Source: Callorhinchus milii (taxonomy: Eukaryota). Taken from it: a DNA stretch of 64,000 bases. The notes below the pieces were generated by a model. The model did not search any database. It was not told the origin of the DNA and saw nothing but the letters and a program-made list of their open reading frames with translations. The stretch spans positions 43,402,001-43,466,000 of the forward strand of contig NW_024704742.1 in the NCBI RefSeq assembly GCF_018977255.1. The letters are read 5' to 3'. The position numbers and the translations under genes were made by a program. Shown piece by piece: positions 56,201 through 64,000 of this stretch (its first letter is position 1; each line of letters opens with the position of its first letter).

Positions 56201-57302
56201 ACGTTAACGCACATCCAAAGAAAAGTATATACAGGGAATTCTGGGCCCAATATCGCTTGCAGCCGCATTAGAAGTGAAGCGCAAAAAAATCAACAACCGG
56301 ATCATGGGGTCCTATGGATGTCATTTCTTTCACAGGGTGATATCAGTGGCAACCTGGAAGTATGTGCGTTTTTTTAGTGTTGACCCCAGAAGCCACCTGG
56401 TCAGGGCTGGAAGACATGCTGCTATAAGCAAAGCTGCACTATACCTGGCCAGTGTAACAGGGATGCCATGAATCTCCAGTGCCATTTACTGCTTTTAAAC
56501 TTTCTTTTTTTTTTCTATCTTAGCTCTCCTAGAGCAATCTAGTCTAGTCCAATTTCCCCTCGTCTTACCTCAAACCTTTTGTTATTTTTTTCTTCTTCAC
56601 GTATTTATCAGATTCTGTTTTAAACACTGCTTTGTACTCAGTGTCAATGGGGAACAAAGGGGAAAACAACACAGAAATCGGCCAGTGCTCCCCACTGAAA
56701 AATGTACACATTGGGGAGATGGAGAGTAAAGAAAGATGTTAATTAGGAATCACTCTTTGTTGTGATGCGCTCCACGATCCAGATAGACTGCTAATAATCT
56801 GTCCAGATTCACACAGTGGCTATTATACTGCCAGTACTGAGTCGCAAATTAACAATAGCTACACAAATTAAGTTTACGGAGACCCGCTGACCTCCATGGA
56901 TATATATACACAGCAGCAAAACTCACTGGCTTCAAGAAACTTTAGAGAAGATTTTGTAAAGCAAGTAGAAAAGGCATTAAATGGGATTGGAGTGCATCAG
57001 TGGTGCACAGCTCTATAACTGCTGAAATTTGGATTCAGATATGTTGTTTTGTGTGTGTGTGTGGGGGGGGGAGGGGGAGATTGGAAAAGCTTTCATCTAG
57101 GAATTCCAATACAAAATCAAAGTTTCCATATTTGGCTCGGTCAAGCATGGCCAGTCGGTCCAAGAAAAGCAAATCACATCTAAAATTTAAAACCCTCAAG
57201 CCAGAGTTTAGATACGCACTATATCTGATCATTTTAATCGAATGTAATAATCCTGATTATTATAGCGCTGTGTCATGCAGCGATACAGCGACACAGCGCT
57301 GC

Positions 57303-58110
57303 ATAACAACAACAACTTGGATTTATATAGCCCCCTCCACACCAGACAGCATCTCAGAGCACTTCACAGTAACGGATCCTGGGGCTGAGCCAAGGGGAGG
57401 GGGAGGAAGGTGACCAAAGGCGCGGTCGAAAAGAAAGGTCTTAAGCTGAGACCTGAAAGTGGGAAGAGAGGGGGCGAGGCGAAGGGAGTGAGGAAATACG
57501 TTCCAGAGCCTCGAGGCATAGTGACTGAAGGCATGGCTGCAGAGGGTGGAGCGGAGGACTTGGGGGACAAGGAGGCCAGTCCCAGTGGAGCGAAGGTAAC
57601 GGGCATTGCTGTGAGGAGAGAGGTCAGAGACGTAGAGGGGTGCAGAGGAGTGGAGGGATTTGAAGACAAGGGTGAGGATCTTGAAGTCGATCCTCTCTGG
57701 GATAGGCAGCCAGAGCAGTCTGGCAAGGACTGGGGTAATCGGGGAGTGGAGTTTGGTGCGGGTAAGAATGCAGGCAGCAGAGTTTTGTATGACCTGGATT
57801 TTATGAATGGTAGTGGAGGGGAGACCGGCGAGGAGGGCATTAGAGTAGTCCAGCCGAGAGGTGACAAAGGCATGGACCAGGGTTTTAGAGGCTTTTGGAG
57901 TGAGGTATTGGCGGAGATGGGCAATGTGTCGGAGGTCGAAGAAAGCGGTGCTGGTGAGCAACCGTATGTGGGGGAGGAAGGATAATTGGGGGTCGAACCT
58001 GATGCCTAGGTTGGGTACAGGTTCGGAGAGTTTTAGGGGGAGGTCAGGTAGGTGGAGGAAGTGAAAACCGTGTGATTTTAGATGTTGACGAGAGCCAAGG
58101 AGACTCATTT
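57303..58110 (-). mobile_element. LINE2 3' fragment (second subfamily) with tail
   Basis: ORF 57323-58108 has SRLDYSNALLAGLP and WLPIPERIDFKIL. Confidence 0.92.
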
Positions 58111-58504
58111 AAATAGTCTTGGTCTTGTTAAAATCAGATGCTGCATATCATGACGCCGATAGAAAGCCTGAATGTCACCTCTATAGCTATAGGTTTTAAC
58201 ATCTCATGGGATTACATTCCTGTAATACATACCTGTTTTTCAGTATCACCTGCAACTGCATCCTACTGTTTAGCAATTTACTTCCGGTTGCGCTGTATGG
58301 ATTAGAAGCCTACACTCCGTTCTATTTAGATTACGTTTTTCGCCCCCTCATTGTTAGCACTTCGAAGCAAAACAAAGGCAGTACCTGACATGATCTGCCA
58401 TATATGCTAGTTCAAAGGAGTATTTAAGTTAAAAATAACTTAACTTTTCATTTTGTGATGCCCACTTTTGGGGCAATCAACTCGATAAAGAAGCTAAATC
58501 GATA

Positions 58505-58940
58505 TAATAATCCTTAAATTTAATAGAACGACTTTCACATCGGGAGAACTTTTCAAAGTGCTTCACAGAATATCCTGTAAAGTATAGAGACTGTATTTTG
58601 TAGCCAAACTCAGCAGCCGATTTGCTCATAACAGTGTCTTGCACACAGCCATGAAGCAAACAACTAACTTTATTTGGGGAGATTGTTGGCCAGGACTCTC
58701 CAGAAGAACTCCCTTCTCTTTTCAAATAGTGCCATGTAAACTTAAAAGTCCACCTGAACTGGCAGACGGGACCTTTGTTAAAGTTCTCATCTGAAGGGCA
58801 GCACATCCAACAATGCAGCATTTTCCCAGCACTGTATTTGAGTGCCAGCCTGGACTGCACAAGTTCAATGTCCCGATGTGGGGCTTGAACCAACAACTTT
58901 CTGAGTCGATGGCGAGAATGCTATCAACTGAGTCAGACTG
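58505..58940 (-). mobile_element. Deu-domain-type tRNA SINE
   Basis: Same family as 36930-37345. Confidence 0.78.
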
Positions 58941-59311
58941 ACACAAACCGCTGACATCCAATATAAGCAAAATAAAAATCTAGTTTGTTTTCCTCATCAG
59001 AAAAAGTGCATTTCACCCTTATTTCTACAAGACCATCTGGAAACGTATGCAGTACCTAATTTCCTCATTGAGCAAGTTACTTTATGCACATCAGAAGAAA
59101 TACCTACAGCATTTCTCTAGAAAACAGCACTGAGAATTCTGAAAATGTCAATGACATTTTGAGACATAACCTGAACCTGCATTCTACAGTTTTACAACAG
59201 TTTTCCAGTCGCTCTCTAAGGCTCATAAGCCTCAACTGCATTCTGTTTAAATCATGTTTTTTTTTCCCACTCATAGAACTTCATGCAAAACAAAAGCCAA
59301 ACCTGACATGA

Positions 59312-59538
59312 TCTGTCTTCGCCTTGCCTCCTCCCTTTCCTCCTTCAAGGCCGGTCTCAAGACCTTTCTCTTCAACCGTGCCTTCAGCTTCCCTCCTCGC
59401 TCCCTCCCTTCCCTCCTCCCTCCCTTCCCTCACCCTGACAATTTTCCCCACTGCTCGGGTCCCGACTCAACTGTCCAGTGCCTTGGGATGTCCTTCCGAC
59501 GTGAAAGGCGCTCTATAAATGCAATCTTGTTGTTGTTG
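59312..59538 (+). mobile_element. LINE2 3' end
   Basis: [19 protein letters not shown] plus stem-loop tail. Confidence 0.9.
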
Positions 59539-62500
59539 CCATATGTGCTGCTGCAAAGGAGTATTTTTTTCAAGTTAAAAATTAATAAGTTGAATGTCCC
59601 ACTGCAGGGAAAATTATAACTGTACAAAAGCAAACTTCTGAATCATCTACTGCATGAAAATACTGGAGTACCAATTGCATCTGTGCACAGTAAAACATTT
59701 GGAGCATCAATTACCATGGTCAAATGCAATTTAAAAAAATGGTAAGCCCCAGACAGTAAATTTGGCAAGCTTTCCGAAATGGTATCTCTTTTATTATTCA
59801 ATTAAGTGCGTTAGGAATGCTCTTCCCTTGTTCTGTGATGCTATTCATCGTTAAACATTGCACAACTACAAATGTACATAAGATGCAACACTCTTTTTTT
59901 TGAAAATTATCTTTCAACAAGAATTCATATTTGATTATAATTCATGAAATGTTCAGCAAGTATTTTGGATAATGTTATTAGCATCCAAAACACATTTGCC
60001 AGGTTTGTCACATAGCAAAAAAACTGAAACCTTGCAAAGGTCCATCACAAGTTAGATCCTGATTAATGCAAAGTGAAATCCAGTCGTGGTGTGAGTGCAC
60101 ACATATTATATATACACACACTCCAGCAGACTTAAGCTGTCCTTCCCCAAAAATGACTCCTTCCCCTGCAATACACATACACACACACAACACACACACA
60201 CACAATGTGGGTCAGTTGCCTGTGCGCATGTGTTTGGGGGGAGAAGCAGGTTTAGAACATTTATGTGTAACAAGTCTTGTGTTGTACCAGGAGTACAACA
60301 TCAACCAATATATTTTATGGATTGTCTGTCCTGTAACAGGCAAACAGCTTAGCAGACAAATGGCAACCATGTACATCACCAAGTACACCAGGAAGAGAGC
60401 TTTCCTTTTTGTCTCTTTCTAATATCTCAAACCTCCCAAATTCTCTCAGGGAAACCATATCTACCAATGCAAAATTTTGTAAGACATATTTCAAGTGACC
60501 AAATCAGATCACTTTCTCTCTCCCGCCCCCCACCAGTAGGAATAAACCTGATGAAAATTCATTAATTTCCCTCAATCTCTTATAATTTTAGAAGAAGCTA
60601 AGATCTTCTGTCTGAGGTTTCAAGTCACCAAGGGTTTCTGCAACACCCCAAACTGTCCTTATGTAATAAGTTTTTTTTGAAAAAAGTAATTATCACACTA
60701 CTGCTAACTGATTTGCAGGAACACAAAATATCTCTTCCAGAAAAGAAAATCTGGCCCAGCATTTCTGCCAGCTACGTAAGAGCTCACATAATGCCTGAAT
60801 GCACAACACTGACGATGGTAGTGATGAAGTCTTCGGCTCTGACTCATTGCAGTGGTAGGGGGCAAGTTTTGCTTCTAAATTTAACTCAAGGAAGTCGTGA
60901 TGAGTTTACTACAGGTCGGATATGCTGAAAGATGTTCTGAAGAGACTACTCATTGTACACAGTCAAAGATTTTGATGCTTTCATCAATTTTGCATGCAAG
61001 GCAGCTTCCTAGGAACAGCAATTACTGTGCATCAGGCTGAGCCCAAAGCACATACATTGATTCAGCAAGTGACGACCTTCAAAAAAAATCTGTTCTGCTT
61101 CATAAAATAACCATTTTCAGCAGTGTTGTACCAATGCTTCAAGCTACAGCATCTAAGTGACCTCATCAATTAATCAACTTGAACAGTGTACACCCATTCA
61201 CTTGGCTAAAATAAGGTTCATTGAGATGGCAGGTGTCCTTTAGCATTCAATGGCTATACCATTTCGAGGTAAGAACAGCTGCACTGAAATTACAAAGTAA
61301 GCACGACATCATCCAGTTCAGCAAAAGAAAGATACCCATCTTTCAATTATACATATAAAAGTAAGCACTTCTGTTCCAACTGTATTCCTATGTCGAAGGA
61401 CAGGTCACCCATAAATCTGAAGATACACTCAAAGGCAATAAACTATCTTGCTCAGGCAACCCCATTATAAAGTGGTAGTTTCAGTCCATAAAAAATGAGA
61501 CCCTGCAGATACCCCAATCCCACTTCCAGGTCATCAAGGTCAGATCACTGCCGATGTCATATCCGATTTCCTGTACATGGCAACAGCACAAGAAGCCATC
61601 CATAAAACAAAAATGTACTGTATTTCTGGTAACCACAGGTGCACAAGGCACCCACATGCAAGCGGACTCGCACTCTACCAAGAAGCATTATACTGTGCTG
61701 TAATGCACCAGTTTTTATATTTAATGTAATCAAATTTGCACCTCGTAGTGTAAACATTAAGACCAAGTGATTATATAGGAGAGTGAAATTAGATTAAGTA
61801 ACTCATGTGGGGCCAATTTGGTCTACCTCTGCGCTGGAAAATTCAATGAAGACATAAAACATACTAGATAAGTCCAAAGTTGCCAAAATAAATTATAGTC
61901 ATTCTCCTGAAGTTTTGTCAATGAACGCAATTTGGCAAAGACAATAATTTGGAGCCATTATTTCTTTCTTTGTCAAGAAACCAAGAAGACAACACAGGCA
62001 CAAACATTTGAAACTATGGCATTGCATTTCTTTTAGATACAAAAAATACTACTTCAAATTTTGGGCTTAAATAATTTGCTTCAAATTTTTTGTTATTTTC
62101 AATCACTGTATAAATGTTTTGACTTTTAAATCCCAACGGGAAGCATTTCTGCACTTTGTGAAATTGGTAGCTCCCCATCACACGACCATACACTTCAGTG
62201 TAAATAACTAACCACAAAGAGTTTGATCTTCAAAACAAGGTCATATTGAAATCATATCACTAAAAGCTCTCAGAACTCTCAAGATAGCAGACATCAATCC
62301 TAATATAGTAGAACTTTGATCCTCTGAACCTGGGCACTAATGTTAATCTTACTCGAAAAACTATTAGAAGATTGATTGTAATGAACATGTACCTAATTGT
62401 AGAGACTGGGCAGAACAGAGGGCAAGATCATCAAGGTCTGAGAAATATGTGCATCTGCTGCAGCCCTCCAGCACAGCTGAGCTGGCGGGGGGGTGGGTAA

Positions 62501-62659
62501 TAGAGGAAAAGAAGCAGCAACAAAGTTCCCACTCAAACTGATTTCCGGGATTCCCCCTCCCCTCAAAAACCATGTAAGATGAGAGTCAAACACGAATAAT
62601 GCCCACTTTGCAAAATTCAGAAGAGTCAGAGCCGAGCGGAAAGAAAGCAAGCAAAGTAA

Positions 62660-63015
62660 TAGTATACCTTGCATTTAATATAGTGCTTTATCACAGCTTC
62701 GAGACATCTCAAAGCGCTTCACAGGATACGGTAAAGTGAATTGACAGGATATTTTATGGGCGAAACACAGCAGCCATTTGTGCACAGCAGTATCCCACAA
62801 ACAGTCATGGACTGAGTGACCAATTTTTTGTAAAAATAAGGAAGTATTACCCCTGGAAAACCCACCAAACAACTAACAATCGGATTCCTACTTACTGCAA
62901 GGAATCAGAGGCATGTGGAGTAAGGAAACTCGCCCAGCATTTTGCCCGGCCAGGAATCAAACCCAGGTCTCTCGCTTGCGAGGCAAGTGCTCTAACCACT
63001 GAGCTGCAGGACTCC
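62660..63015 (-). mobile_element. tRNA-derived SINE, near full length
   Basis: Head gagtcctgcagctcagtggttagagcacttgcctcgcaagcgagagacctgggtttgattcc on the minus strand. Confidence 0.9.
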
Positions 63016-64000
63016 ATGCCTTGTCTCCTAAAGAAAATGCCTTTCTTTAGGAGACAAGGCACAGAGGGAAGCAATTTTCATAAAATCCTGCGCATAAATC
63101 TTACTAGATTAAATGTTGGTAAAAATTTATGGACAAATATTGAACATTAGCCAATTTGCATTGTTTAAAGGGAAAAAGGAAAAATAGCAGATGTAGAAGT
63201 TAAGTAAAATCATTTTTGATTTGCATTGCAAACAAAATGCAGATAAATATAGCATAGTGGCAGGGCTTCAAAATGGGTGTAGATATGTAAAAGAGGGTAA
63301 GATTCATTCTGCGTCAATCATCTACTTGTGAATTTCATAACTATCAGTTTTCCTTGGTGCATTTAATCACCCAGCAGATGCTGTACAAAAATGTTTAGTC
63401 TTGTGCTTATCAAGCACCATAACTAATGTTTTTTTTTGGGTCATCCGGTTGTCTGACACATGGAGAAACCCATGCCAAGCGTAAGAATATTCAAACCATA
63501 GTTCCATGCATCCCACCTACACATGGAAATTCCAGATATACACAGATACAGAGGCTCGGGGCCGAGCATACTGCATTTTTGCAGGTTTGTTGAAGTGGGT
63601 GTTTGTAAAGGAGGAGGTCGTTTGTAACGGTTTCCGGGGAAAATCGCAGCCACAGATTTCTATTGGTCCAGCCGGTGAGCAGACTGGCTGTGCTGTCATC
63701 CGCAGTGCCCTAGAATACTGCAAACCTGTCTGGCTCAGGAACTCAACTACCGTGATCAGCACAGCAGGATGGCTCAATTCTGACATTCTATTGCCAGGCA
63801 TGTCACCTTGGAGCCACTTCAGCTCTAGTTGGTCATTTGACATCTGACCAGCATGGGTTTCAGCTGTCTAGATGGATGGCACGTACCAGGAACTTCCTGC
63901 AAGCTTTGTGGTGAGTAACACAGCTCAGCATGAAATGCGTGAGCGCATTGGCACCATCTTCCTGCCCACAGATTAAACACCCCCTCGATCCCATTGAGTG

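Noticed and set aside
62940..63015. tRNA gene-like sequence (also ~20850-20910 and ~26030-26095)
   Set aside because: SINE heads attached to a repeated body and tail; no complete cloverleaf acceptor stem.

Overview
Eukaryotic (vertebrate) genomic DNA. The L2/CR1 LINEs, tRNA- and Deu-type SINEs and palindromic repeats suggest a cartilaginous fish, possibly a holocephalan (inference). The minus strand carries the last eight coding exons of the spliceosomal DEAH helicase DHX15 (51241 down to the stop at 31630; polyA signal at 31057-31062), including one GC-AG intron. About 30 kb further downstream on the same strand, a CpG-rich, microsatellite-dense island (1-~6300) holds a 28-codon first exon, MAGCGLSEDLLFSSFVFSYIKENPFAQQ|GTAAGG. 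It resembles the PGC-1beta N-terminus but sits at the DHX15-adjacent position expected for the far-upstream PPARGC1A promoter. A second candidate mini first exon (MRKGNLIA|GTGAGT) lies just downstream. Most long ORFs in the track are simple-repeat artefacts or LINE2 reverse-transcriptase relics. The most interesting signals are: the PGC-1beta-like distal exon; a DHX15 acceptor whose pyrimidine tract is replaced by two interleaved 7-bp helices, with upstream stop-introducing splice sites (candidate autoregulatory switch); a Helitron relic with a CCAAT/E2F/YY1 cluster; and a 70-bp-arm hairpin. No prokaryotic-type system is present. Repeat boundaries are approximate, and all homology calls are from recall, not searches.
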